64,000 bases of DNA from a virus (IMGVR_UViG_3300046501_000233:44081-108080); one strand, 5' to 3'; counted from the stretch's first letter, positions 36,256-45,233 are shown. The notes: a model not told the origin generated them from the letters alone. Program-made: numbers and translations.

Positions 36256-36621
36256 CAGGAGAAAGCTATGCCGAGAAGATCACCGCAACGACATCGGTTC
36301 AGTACCGGGCGCTTGGTGAGCGCTGCCATCTGTCGCCGCCATGTTTGAGCGTGCGTTCATACCGTGCCGGCGGTGGCCACCGGTCAAGCCAACTCACATA
36401 GCACCCCTATGTTTCGGTGCAGCCTATTCAAGCCACGGTCCCGCAACCATTGCCCGACCTTTCCACGCTGACGCACGACCACGCCACGGTCACAAAACAT
36501 CCGGCCGTTCGAGGCACGTAAGCCTCCAGCCCACGAAGGAGCTGAGATCCTGAGCAGCCCGGCGGGAGCTGAGATCCCGCCAACAATTGCAGCGAGCGCT
36601 TCGCACTAACCGGAGAGAGCA

Positions 36622-36993
36622 ATGACCACCAATCCCCGCATCAGAAGAATCCTGATCGATGCCCGCACCCTCGTGGCCAACCCCATGACGTGGACAACCC
36701 ACAATCTGGCCATCGACTCGAAGGGTAACGCCTGCAACGTCGACGATCCCGATGCGCAGTGCTTCTGCGCCCTCGGTGCGGTCAACCGCAGCGCTCCGAA
36801 CAACAACATCGGCGATGAGGCCTGGGAATTTGTGCGGAAGGCCGCACAGGATCTCTACGACTGCCGCTATCCCGTAGACCTCAACGACGGAACACACGAG
36901 GTGGACGAAGCGCCGCGCCGCGCCATCGTCAACGTCTTCAACCGCGCCATCGAGATTGTCGATACGCCGGCCGGCTGGAGCCATGCGTCATGA
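36622..36993 (+). CDS. DUF6197-like paralog 2
   Basis: 'WTT...AIDSKG...DA.CFCALGA...NDG...FNRAI'. Confidence 0.75.
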   Translation: MTTNPRIRRILIDARTLVANPMTWTTHNLAIDSKGNACNVDDPDAQCFCALGAVNRSAPNNNIGDEAWEFVRKAAQDLYDCRYPVDLNDGTHEVDEAPRRAIVNVFNRAIEIVDTPAGWSHAS

Positions 36994-37361
36994 GTGCGAC
37001 CGTCGAGACCCTGATCAGCGCTCGCGCCATCATCGCCGATCCAGTCAAATGGACGCAACACGACTATGCAAAGGACGCCAGCGGCAACGGCGTTCCACCT
37101 CATTCTCACTCTGCGGTCTGCTTCTGTGCAGGCGGTGCGATCGACAAGACCAGCCCGAGCTGCGTCGCCGCGTGGGATAGTCGCACCGCTCTGCAACAGG
37201 CAGCCGTGGATCTGTACGGCGTCGACTCATTCGTCAAAGTCAACGACGGAGAGTGGGCGGTTGAGGGTATGACTCCGCACGAAGCCATCCTGAAGACCTT
37301 CGACCGCGCCATTGAGATGGCAAAGGCTGAAGCACAGGACACTGAGCCGGAGGTCGTCTGA
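36990..37361 (+). CDS. DUF6197-like paralog 3
   Basis: 'WTQ..YAKD..G...AVCFCAGGA...NDG...FDRAI'. Confidence 0.75.
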   Translation: MSATVETLISARAIIADPVKWTQHDYAKDASGNGVPPHSHSAVCFCAGGAIDKTSPSCVAAWDSRTALQQAAVDLYGVDSFVKVNDGEWAVEGMTPHEAILKTFDRAIEMAKAEAQDTEPEVV

Positions 37362-37597
37362 TGCCCTTTTATCAGGTCTGCGGACAAACCGACATGGACG
37401 AGCCGGTCGATTGCTTCGTTGTTGCGGAGACTCCGCAGCGTGCGGTCGCACTGACCCTCGAACACGAGAAGCTGACTGCCGACGACTTCGATATGGACCT
37501 CGGCGTCTACGAATTTCCCATGGTTACGCTGCCCGAGCACTACCGGGACTGCGTGATCGAGGACCACCTCATCAACCTCACCGAGGTCACCCCATGA
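37361..37597 (+). CDS. Hypothetical acidic protein
   Basis: TGATG coupling. Confidence 0.6.
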   Translation: MPFYQVCGQTDMDEPVDCFVVAETPQRAVALTLEHEKLTADDFDMDLGVYEFPMVTLPEHYRDCVIEDHLINLTEVTP

Positions 37598-38001
37598 CAA
37601 TCGAGGCCAGGGATCTGCAAGCGAGCCTGCGTCTCGCGGCGAGGCTGATGAAGCGCCGTGTGCAACTGGTCTGCGACACCGATGACATCGTCGCCGGACT
37701 CCGGAACTGGCACTATGACCAACTGGGTGTCACATGGACCGCCGACGCCGAGCGTGGCCGCAATGGCTATGCCTGCTACTATTTCGCCAACTTCCGCCGG
37801 CTTCCGTGCGGCAAGAAGGGCAACGGCGCCATCGCTCTGCGTCAACTTTGCGAGCTGATGGACGCTCTCAATCTGCCCATCACACTGCAGAGCACTCCCG
37901 GTCTGTTCGACTGGTATCCCCAGTTCGGCTTCGTCCGCGCTGACACCGAGTTCGGCTTCTATCGGCTTCCGCCTCGGCTCGCCATGGCGGAGGCCGCGTG
38001 A
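37594..38001 (+). CDS. GNAT-like acetyltransferase
   Basis: Motif A-like 'GKKGNG...LRQL' and C-terminal 'LFDWYPQFGF'. Confidence 0.55.
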   Translation: MTIEARDLQASLRLAARLMKRRVQLVCDTDDIVAGLRNWHYDQLGVTWTADAERGRNGYACYYFANFRRLPCGKKGNGAIALRQLCELMDALNLPITLQSTPGLFDWYPQFGFVRADTEFGFYRLPPRLAMAEAA

Positions 38002-38187
38002 TGCTGCACTACGCCCTCAGTGCCAATGAGCGGCTGGTCTATGGCTTCACCGGCCCCAAGTCCGAGCAGTCGGACATGATCTGCGACACGGGCGACCAGC
38101 GCGCCCGGTCAACCTGCATCGAACCCCTCGTCACCTGTCCCAAATGCGCCCGGCGGCTCGCCCTGATGCGCGGCAGAAAGCACTGAC

Positions 38188-38640
38188 ATGCCATTCCTCT
38201 TCGATCACACCCCGACCGCGCAGGAAGTCTTTGACGAGGCCTGCAACTATTTCGCTACCTCAGCCGGACCATCGCGAACGGCGAGAGTGCCAAGCGCTGG
38301 CATTAACGATCGCTGTCTGTATCGCGGCCCGGATGACCGCTGCTGCGTGGCCGGCCACTTCCTGCCGGACGGCCCATACCTCAAGAAGATGGACGAGACC
38401 GATAATTCGGCGATCTTCACATTCATCAACGACGCCAATTACGACGAGTTTCTGCCGTCATGGTTCTCTCAGCACCGGCACCTGCTGACATCCCTGCAGA
38501 ACGTCCATGACGATCATTCGAACTGGGACAGATCGGCTCCCGGAATTGGCTGGCACCGCCAAAACATCTTCCGCGATCTGATCAATGTCGCTGCAGACCA
38601 CAGCGTGGATGCAGGCAAGGCGCGGGAGCTGGCGGCATGA
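38188..38640 (+). CDS. Hypothetical protein (C.YRG...CCxxG family)
   Basis: 'QEVFD...CLYRGPD.RCCVAG...LL..LQ.VHD' phage pattern. Confidence 0.7.
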   Translation: MPFLFDHTPTAQEVFDEACNYFATSAGPSRTARVPSAGINDRCLYRGPDDRCCVAGHFLPDGPYLKKMDETDNSAIFTFINDANYDEFLPSWFSQHRHLLTSLQNVHDDHSNWDRSAPGIGWHRQNIFRDLINVAADHSVDAGKARELAA

Positions 38641-38990
38641 AGACGATCACCGCCCTCACTGCGGCTCGCGATCTGCTGCAAGACATCAACAAGTGGACCC
38701 AGAAGGCCGGTGCTCGCACCGACTTCGGCGCAACCATCCACCCGGCACACGATAACGCTTCCTGTTTCTGCTCCGGCGGCGCATTGGAGCGCATCGTGAT
38801 CAGCCGCTCCGGCGAGGTCGGTGGCGCATTCCATCGCAGCGGCTGGCGGCTCGATCAGGCGGCGCGGCTGCTCGGATATCGCGGCTACATCCACCTCAAC
38901 GACGACACGTCGAAGCCGAGGGAAGAGCAGCATGCGCTGGTCATCCGCATGTTCGACATGGCGATCACCACTGAGGCGGCGCACTCGTGA
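38637..38990 (+). CDS. DUF6197-like paralog 4
   Basis: 'WTQ...ART...A.CFCSGGA...LND...FDMAI'. Confidence 0.75.
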   Translation: MKTITALTAARDLLQDINKWTQKAGARTDFGATIHPAHDNASCFCSGGALERIVISRSGEVGGAFHRSGWRLDQAARLLGYRGYIHLNDDTSKPREEQHALVIRMFDMAITTEAAHS

Positions 38991-39310
38991 GCGCGATGAT
39001 CTGCATCCAAAGTGATGAAGAGGCCAGCGACTTGATCGCATGGCTTGATCATCACCCTCAGCCGGAGGACTTCGACGGACCCAACGTCGAGGAATTGTAC
39101 GGCGAAGCCACCCGCGAGGCGGCGCAAGCCTGGCTTCAGATGATGCGGGACACCGGCGAAGGCCCGGACAGCTATCCGATCCACGCACCCATCCCGCTCC
39201 GGCTGATCCCCGTGATCGATGCCGTCATTGACGACTGGGCCGAGGTTCTCGGCTCACACAACGAAGAGACCTACACCCACACCGTCCACGCAGCCGAGGC
39301 TGAGCCATGA
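38987..39310 (+). CDS. Hypothetical protein
   Basis: GTGA coupling, acidic. Confidence 0.55.
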   Translation: MSAMICIQSDEEASDLIAWLDHHPQPEDFDGPNVEELYGEATREAAQAWLQMMRDTGEGPDSYPIHAPIPLRLIPVIDAVIDDWAEVLGSHNEETYTHTVHAAEAEP

Positions 39311-39443
39311 AAATCGAGATCGTCTACATCGAGAGCGGCAAGACCAAGACCTTCGAGACGCACAACTGCGATCAGGCGCTGAAGTTCATCGACATCCAGG
39401 CGCCGATCAAGATCCTCGCCATCCGCACGTCGGGTCCAACGAA

Positions 39444-39647
39444 ATGACGGACAAGGCGCAGGTTGCCCTCTCCATTCTGCGAGAGGGGTTCGCGAAGGTC
39501 GACAATGGCCAGATGGCGCTGAAGGAAGCCGGCGCCTGGATGTACGAGCAGGCAGTCGAGTTCGGCATCCCGCACGAAGCATGGACAGCAGCGTGGCGCA
39601 TGTGGATGCCGGGCAATGTCCATCAAATCGGGACTCCGATGTCATGA
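39444..39647 (+). CDS. Hypothetical protein
   Basis: ATGA-coupled chain. Confidence 0.5.
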   Translation: MTDKAQVALSILREGFAKVDNGQMALKEAGAWMYEQAVEFGIPHEAWTAAWRMWMPGNVHQIGTPMS

Positions 39648-39919
39648 GCGGCATCTACTCCGACAACCGGTTCAACGACAGCCGGATGTCCCAATATTCG
39701 CACAAGGCACCGCTCGGCCCGCACGGCCGGCGCGCCTTCTTCTCGGTCAACACCAAGGTGCTGTCGGCCTATCCAGGCTGGCACTCCGTCCACATGCACG
39801 CTGACTACGCCTATTCGGTCGACTGCTCCACCCGCGACGTTCTGGGCTGCATCGCTCAGATGCAGGCGGAGTGGGAAGCCGAACTGACGGCGAGGTACGG
39901 CGGCGGGAGGATTTCATGA
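39644..39919 (+). CDS. Hypothetical protein
   Basis: ATGA-coupled chain. Confidence 0.55.
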   Translation: MSGIYSDNRFNDSRMSQYSHKAPLGPHGRRAFFSVNTKVLSAYPGWHSVHMHADYAYSVDCSTRDVLGCIAQMQAEWEAELTARYGGGRIS

Positions 39920-40176
39920 CGGAAAAACTGGTTAGCGTCGCCATCAAGCGCAATGGCGAGATCCACTCCGGCGGCTTCAAGGAGCATTGGCGGGTCCGCG
40001 CCGCGCTCGGCGATGCCGATCCCTACGCCAAGAACAGGACCGACGAGAACGGCTTCCTTACCAGCGAAGGTCGCTTCGTCGGCCGCTGGGAGGCGGGAGA
40101 CATCGCAGCACTGGCCGGACAGATCAGTCGACCGATGGGTCGTGAGTTGCTGTCCGCCGACATCGACAAGTGGTGA
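39916..40176 (+). CDS. Hypothetical protein (GFLTSxGRFVxRxEA family)
   Basis: 'GFLTSEGRFVGRWEA..IA..AGQ...L.S.D.W' widespread phage motif. Confidence 0.7.
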   Translation: MTEKLVSVAIKRNGEIHSGGFKEHWRVRAALGDADPYAKNRTDENGFLTSEGRFVGRWEAGDIAALAGQISRPMGRELLSADIDKW

Positions 40177-40179
40177 CCC

Positions 40180-40461
40180 ATGCGACCGATCTCATTCGAA
40201 GAAGCCAAGCGGCGCTATCCCCATCGCTTCACGATGGAATACGTCCCCGCGTGGTCACGGCATCCGCTACCTCCCCGCGCTGACGGCACCGAGCGCCACT
40301 ATGCGCCGCAATATCGCACTGACCGCGAATGGTACGACAAGACGCTCTTCCCAGGCGAAGGGCATGTCAGTCGCCGCGACAGGCACTGTTACTCCGCCGG
40401 CCAATCGTTTCCGGTCGGCCTGTTCCTCACCGAACCATACCGCATGGGATTTCACCGATGA
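40180..40461 (+). CDS. Hypothetical protein
   Basis: 'YPHRFTMEYVP.W...YAPQY.TD.EWY..T.F'. Confidence 0.65.
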   Translation: MRPISFEEAKRRYPHRFTMEYVPAWSRHPLPPRADGTERHYAPQYRTDREWYDKTLFPGEGHVSRRDRHCYSAGQSFPVGLFLTEPYRMGFHR

Positions 40462-40964
40462 AGCTCTACAGCGTCAACATCAAGATCTGCGCAACGGCTT
40501 ACATCCATGCGGATACGCCGGAACAGGCGATGCAGATCGCAAGGGACATGCAGAACGACTGCCTCGAAGTCCGTGAGGACTGGGATGGTGAGGTGCCCAT
40601 CACCGGCGCTCAGTATGACGACCCTGATCTTCCGGAGGTTAGCCTGTCGCCGGCCATGACCATTCACGGCGTCTTCGATGACGAAGAGGAAGCTGAAGAG
40701 GTTCACGACTTCGGAGAAGCGTTTGCCGTAGGCGACAGCGTCGTCATCTTGGTCGAGGCCACGGGTGCCGACCACGAGGACATTGAGCACACGATCGGTG
40801 CCGGCGCGATCGGCAAGATCGATAGCATCGATGGCGACGCCTATACGGTTGTGATCCCGGTGGATGCTGGCGATGAGCGTCACATTGTCAATGTGTTCGA
40901 CGAAGAGGACGGCCCGATCACCGCGTTTCTAGCTCACGAGGAAGAGAGCGATGCGGTTTCCTGA
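40458..40964 (+). CDS. Acidic hypothetical protein
   Basis: ATGA coupling, codon bias. Confidence 0.6.
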   Translation: MKLYSVNIKICATAYIHADTPEQAMQIARDMQNDCLEVREDWDGEVPITGAQYDDPDLPEVSLSPAMTIHGVFDDEEEAEEVHDFGEAFAVGDSVVILVEATGADHEDIEHTIGAGAIGKIDSIDGDAYTVVIPVDAGDERHIVNVFDEEDGPITAFLAHEEESDAVS

Positions 40965-41286
40965 AGGCTTCAAGCCACCATCGGACGAGACCATCGCCCG
41001 CGTCAACAATCCCGACACGTTCGTGGTTGCGACGTGGAACGGCATTCCGGCTGACAACAGCGGACGTCGGCTCGTGATGTACCTCACGGATCAGATGAAC
41101 GCGATGGGGATGCTCAATCGGTGGAGCCCCTGGCGTAGCGATGCGCAGCAGTATGCGAGCGCGGATGATGCTGAACAGGTGCGTCTGGCGATCAAGCTGC
41201 CGCACCTGCGCGAACTCGCGAAGGTCTACCGCAACACCGAGGCCCACGTCATGACGGGCGGCCTAGAAGGATACGAACTGACATGA
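40951..41286 (+). CDS. Hypothetical protein
   Basis: Overlapping chain. Confidence 0.55.
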   Translation: MRFPEGFKPPSDETIARVNNPDTFVVATWNGIPADNSGRRLVMYLTDQMNAMGMLNRWSPWRSDAQQYASADDAEQVRLAIKLPHLRELAKVYRNTEAHVMTGGLEGYELT

Positions 41287-41481
41287 GAGCGAGCAAAGCT
41301 GAGATCCTGATCCTGAGAAATCAGGTGCAGATCATGACTTCGCTGTCGTTGATTATGCAGCGGCAGAAGGTGCAACTGAAGGAGCGCGGCGTCCACACTG
41401 GCGACGAGCACGCCATGCTGACCGGCTCCATCAGTGAAACGCTGCGCGAGGTCGCCGACGCGAAGACATGGGCGGACTGAC

Positions 41482-41811
41482 ATGAGCATCAGAGCGTTGA
41501 TAGTGCGCGTTCCTGATATCGGCGAAACCTTCACCATCGCCGACAAGTATTCGGCGCACCGTTACCGTGTAACTGGATGGATGCGCCGCTCACGCCGGCA
41601 TTCGCTGATCGCAGGAACCTTCGGTCCTGACAACGTACAGCTGGAATGGTGTATCCGCGACGCCGCTGAGTACATCACCGGCTATGGCGTCTGCGGCATC
41701 ATTCGGCGCGTCGGCGACGTCCATATCGACGGTCGAGTGAGCTGGACGCCAGCCATTCTCGCGGAGGAGAAAGCGCAGGCGATGCGCCTTGTAGGAGAGC
41801 GACTGTACTAG
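41482..41811 (+). CDS. Hypothetical protein
   Basis: Operon context. Confidence 0.5.
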   Translation: MSIRALIVRVPDIGETFTIADKYSAHRYRVTGWMRRSRRHSLIAGTFGPDNVQLEWCIRDAAEYITGYGVCGIIRRVGDVHIDGRVSWTPAILAEEKAQAMRLVGERLY

Positions 41812-41875
41812 ACACAAGAGATAGCCGGAAGGATTCCCCCGTCCGCCGGCTCTGCTGCACCCCAAAGGATGCAGT

Positions 41876-41963
41876 GCGGTTGGAGGGAAACCTGCTTCGC
41901 TGACGCCAGTCTCCAGCTGGCTGTAGGGCGAGGTGGTGGAGAGAGCACTCGCGAACCGCACCA
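41876..41963 (+). ncRNA. Cloverleaf-like RNA ending in ACCA
   Basis: GCGGTT/AACCGC closing stem followed by A-CCA; arms AGG-GAAA-CCT, GCCAG-TCTCCAG-CTGGC and GCGAG..CTCGC. Confidence 0.45.
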
Positions 41964-42021
41964 ATTCAATCGGCGCCACAGGTGCGCCTTCTCGCCTGCT
42001 TGCATGCGAACGGAGATCGAA

Positions 42022-42258
42022 ATGAGTACGCACGTTATCGAGGTTGAGGTGCAGGTCCAGGACCACGCCGAGCTGCGGGCATACGCCCTGCGCCGAGCAA
42101 TTGAAGGCGGCATCGACGAGCAGGAGTTCGAGACTGGAGAGACCGGAGAGACCTCCGCTGAGAACGTCGACTACTGGCTGTGCTGGGCATTCGACGCAGG
42201 CACCCCTGAACAGTGCGGCTTCCAGATCAATCACAGCGCGAGCACGGAGACGGCGTAA
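42022..42258 (+). CDS. Hypothetical protein
   Basis: GGAG RBS. Confidence 0.6.
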   Translation: MSTHVIEVEVQVQDHAELRAYALRRAIEGGIDEQEFETGETGETSAENVDYWLCWAFDAGTPEQCGFQINHSASTETA

Positions 42259-42830
42259 TGGCCAAAGTAAAAAAGGTTATGGCAAAGCCCGAGAGTTTCA
42301 CCCGCCTTGAAGTCGAGGCGGCACTCTGTGTGTGGGAGTGGATCTGCGAAGTCACGGTCTGTGCTGAGGAAGGTAAAGACCTGAAGAACTGGACCGAGCT
42401 GCGCGAAGGCGTGGGCTCTGCGGAGTTGCGTTACCAGTCCGTCACGCTGGGTCAGTGGTGTCTGAAGATCTATGACATCTGCAAAGCCCGCGACGAAGAT
42501 ATCTTCGACGGCATGGCCTACGACTGGGAGGTCATCCCCGAGATCATGATGCACGCAGTGGACGGCGACGGCGCGGCGATCATCTACGCCGAAGGCCTCG
42601 CTGATCCGAAGGTCGTGGCGGACAAGGTGTTCCGCTGGGCGAAGCTGCATGACTTCACGATCTCCTGCCGCATGGAAGCCCGCAAGCAGTGGGCTTACGA
42701 GGAGCTGATCTCCGATCACCCCGAGCGCGTCGAGCAGTCCTTCGATATGGGCGAGAAGCCGGCCGACTTCGTGAAGTGGCTCGGCGAGAAATACGACCTG
42801 ACATCTGTCAGGGAATGGGGAGGCTTCTGA
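42258..42830 (+). CDS. Hypothetical protein
   Basis: TAATG coupling; 'YDWEVIP' motif shared with next ORF. Confidence 0.65.
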   Translation: MAKVKKVMAKPESFTRLEVEAALCVWEWICEVTVCAEEGKDLKNWTELREGVGSAELRYQSVTLGQWCLKIYDICKARDEDIFDGMAYDWEVIPEIMMHAVDGDGAAIIYAEGLADPKVVADKVFRWAKLHDFTISCRMEARKQWAYEELISDHPERVEQSFDMGEKPADFVKWLGEKYDLTSVREWGGF

Positions 42831-43249
42831 TGTCCGAGCGATACAAGAAATTCCAGACCGACTACGCCGAGGTGGATACCGCCATGGTCGGCTACTTCGT
42901 GATGATGCTTCATCGCACCGGCAAGCGGTCGAAGCGCGGTCATCCGTTCCGCGATCAAGAACTGCAGATCGATAATTGGATTGCCGACAACGGCGAGTGC
43001 GCAACCCGCGAGGCGGTCTTATCCATGGCGCCGGTCATCGAGGCCGCGTGGCAGGCGCTTGCCGAAACAGAGCGGGACAACGTGGTGTGGGATTGGGAGT
43101 TCGTCCCGACCTTCATCCTTTGTTGCATCTCCTGGCTGAACGAACTGCCGACACCGGTCTACCAGCGGCCCGAGCAAATGGCAGAGCACTGGCGGAAGTC
43201 ATTCGCCGCCATCAGCGCCTTCCATAAATCGTCGCAGAAAGGAAAGTAA
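42830..43249 (+). CDS. Hypothetical protein
   Basis: TGATG coupling; 'WDWEFVP' motif. Confidence 0.6.
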   Translation: MSERYKKFQTDYAEVDTAMVGYFVMMLHRTGKRSKRGHPFRDQELQIDNWIADNGECATREAVLSMAPVIEAAWQALAETERDNVVWDWEFVPTFILCCISWLNELPTPVYQRPEQMAEHWRKSFAAISAFHKSSQKGK

Positions 43250-43422
43250 ATGGCACGCAGGAAGAAGAACGAGCGCGCCGATCGCATTCAGCGCGCCATC
43301 ACCGGCCTCATCATCTCGATAGGTTCCATCCCGCGCATCTATGCCCATGCCGAGATGCTGATCGAAGAGGGCGCCGACGATGCGCAGCTCACTCGCGGCA
43401 TCCGGGATTTCGTGGGGCACCC

Positions 43423-43995
43423 ATGAAGATCACATCGACACCCTGGGGCAAGCCCCAGACGATCAGGCTGCTGGCGGAAGGCATCTGGACCGTATCGACC
43501 GCACGGCACGGCGGGATCAAGCTGGACCGCAAGCGCAATGCCGAGGTGCCGGACTACATGCGCATCGAAGGCGGTTGGTACGAGGAGGATTGCTCCTGGG
43601 CGATCGCGGCGGTCGTTCACACCGACGCCTTCAAGCGCGTCGTCAAAATCGACGGCAAACCGGATCGGCTCGAATGGGAATATGCCCACGAGACGCTGAA
43701 GCGCTGGATGCCCGACGAGTATGAGCGCTTCACCGGCATCAAGATCATGCCGGGTGAGTCGTACAAGCGCGATGAGCAGCTCTTCAAGCAGGAGAACCTC
43801 GACAACTTTGTCGTCTCTGCTGCCTGGGGAGATTGGGACACCGCCTGGGTGCCGAAGGGCATGATCGGCGTCTTGGCGAAGCGTGAGCGCGATGGCGCCA
43901 GGAAGTGGTTCCACATTCCGGCCGAAGGCTACCCTGGATCGCGCCCCGGCTTCGTCATCGATCTAACTCGCCACAAGGAAACGGACCCGCGATGA
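43423..43995 (+). CDS. DUF7007-like protein
   Basis: 'TPWG...AEGI..VST..HGG..L...GWYEEDC.WA' signature. Confidence 0.75.
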   Translation: MKITSTPWGKPQTIRLLAEGIWTVSTARHGGIKLDRKRNAEVPDYMRIEGGWYEEDCSWAIAAVVHTDAFKRVVKIDGKPDRLEWEYAHETLKRWMPDEYERFTGIKIMPGESYKRDEQLFKQENLDNFVVSAAWGDWDTAWVPKGMIGVLAKRERDGARKWFHIPAEGYPGSRPGFVIDLTRHKETDPR

Positions 43996-44273
43996 GCACG
44001 GAACGAACAGAGCGTATCAACACAGCACTCAAAGCGATCGATGATCTGCAAATCGCTGACGTTTTGCAGTTCTTCTACGACAAGGCTTCGCCCCGCGATC
44101 ACGAGATTGCCGGCCTGGTCCCGACCGATGACGAACTGGAATGCGACGGCGCCCTCATTTCCGAGGGCGATAACAACGGTGCATTCGTTCTGTGCTGGGT
44201 CTGGGTGGATTTCTGCGGAACGGATCTCGACAAAAACAATGAGGACGAGAAGGAAGAAGAGGATGCCGACTAG
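43992..44273 (+). CDS. Hypothetical protein
   Basis: 'ISEGD.NGA.V..WVWV' phage motif. Confidence 0.6.
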   Translation: MSTERTERINTALKAIDDLQIADVLQFFYDKASPRDHEIAGLVPTDDELECDGALISEGDNNGAFVLCWVWVDFCGTDLDKNNEDEKEEEDAD

Positions 44274-44517
44274 CTACTACGTCGACAAGGCGCCGTGTTG
44301 CTGGAACTGCGGCGCAACGCGAGACAGCTTGAAGATCGGCGAAAGCGCGCACGGCACCGATTTTAGCTTCTCCAGCTATCCCGATCGCAACCTCACCACA
44401 CCTGAGCAGTGGTTCGCCTTCCTCGAAGGCAGGCGCATCGTCACTGAAGACGGTTCCGAGTCTGATCTGAAATGGATCAGGGACTATCCAATCATCACCA
44501 TCACCAACAGCAACTGA
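44263..44517 (+). CDS. Zn-ribbon hypothetical protein
   Basis: CxxC; 'LKIGESA.G..FSF'. Confidence 0.55.
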   Translation: MPTSYYVDKAPCCWNCGATRDSLKIGESAHGTDFSFSSYPDRNLTTPEQWFAFLEGRRIVTEDGSESDLKWIRDYPIITITNSN

Positions 44518-44526
44518 GAGAAGACA

Positions 44527-44928
44527 ATGAAGTTTGTAATCGCGTTATCTGCCGCCCTCCTGTCCATCGCCTCGCCGGCCAGCTCTGAGCCGTTGCGGGA
44601 GGTGGATCGAAACTTCGCAGTCTTGGCGACGACGGCGTGGGTAGTCGGCACCCTTTGCGGCAACTTGCGGATCGTCGAAGGTGCGGCGGCCAAGATGGCT
44701 GACCGCAATGGCGCCGACATCGGGCGCATCGGTCCTGCTCTCGTTGCTGCATGGCAGGCCAACATCAGCCAGGATTACGATCGCTCAGCCCTTGTTCCCG
44801 AGGTGACCGAGGTCGTTCGCAACACCTTCAACATGATCGACAAGGACTACACCCGCAACAAGACGAAGGCCTGCGCGGATTGGACCAAGGCGATCATGCC
44901 ATCCGGTCTCATTGAGAGGACGAATTAA
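44527..44928 (+). CDS. Secreted hypothetical protein
   Basis: Sec signal peptide, two Cys. Confidence 0.65.
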   Translation: MKFVIALSAALLSIASPASSEPLREVDRNFAVLATTAWVVGTLCGNLRIVEGAAAKMADRNGADIGRIGPALVAAWQANISQDYDRSALVPEVTEVVRNTFNMIDKDYTRNKTKACADWTKAIMPSGLIERTN

Positions 44929-45233
44929 TGGCATCGTATTCGGCATGCGACTATCTGGACGATGTCCAGCGAGCGCTGGATATCGACGAGGACTCCGGAG
45001 ATCCTGGCGACGCTGCACACTTGGCAATCGCCGAGATCGAGCGGCTTCAGGCGGTTGACCTCTTCTGGCAGGAGCACGGAGCAAACATATTGTCCTGCGT
45101 GACAATAATCTCCAGGAGCACCACGCCGGAGTGCCGCGCTGCCCTTGCCATGATCCTTGCCAAGGGGCCTGAGCTAATCCAACCGGACCGCACCGTCGTA
45201 ACGCTGAAAGGAAATGCGTCATGCGATACCTGA
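44928..45233 (+). CDS. Hypothetical protein
   Basis: TAATG coupling. Confidence 0.55.
   Translation: MASYSACDYLDDVQRALDIDEDSGDPGDAAHLAIAEIERLQAVDLFWQEHGANILSCVTIISRSTTPECRAALAMILAKGPELIQPDRTVVTLKGNASCDT

Noticed and set aside
36541-36574. TPP riboswitch (GCUGAGA motif)
   Set aside because: The remaining aptamer elements (CCCGU/ACCUGAU, AGCGUAGGGA) are absent.
35844-36624. CRISPR or mini-array interpretation of the triplicated leader
   Set aside because: Spacing is ~350-390 nt, the repeats include RBSs, and there are no cas genes. No repeat-spacer array was seen anywhere in the window.
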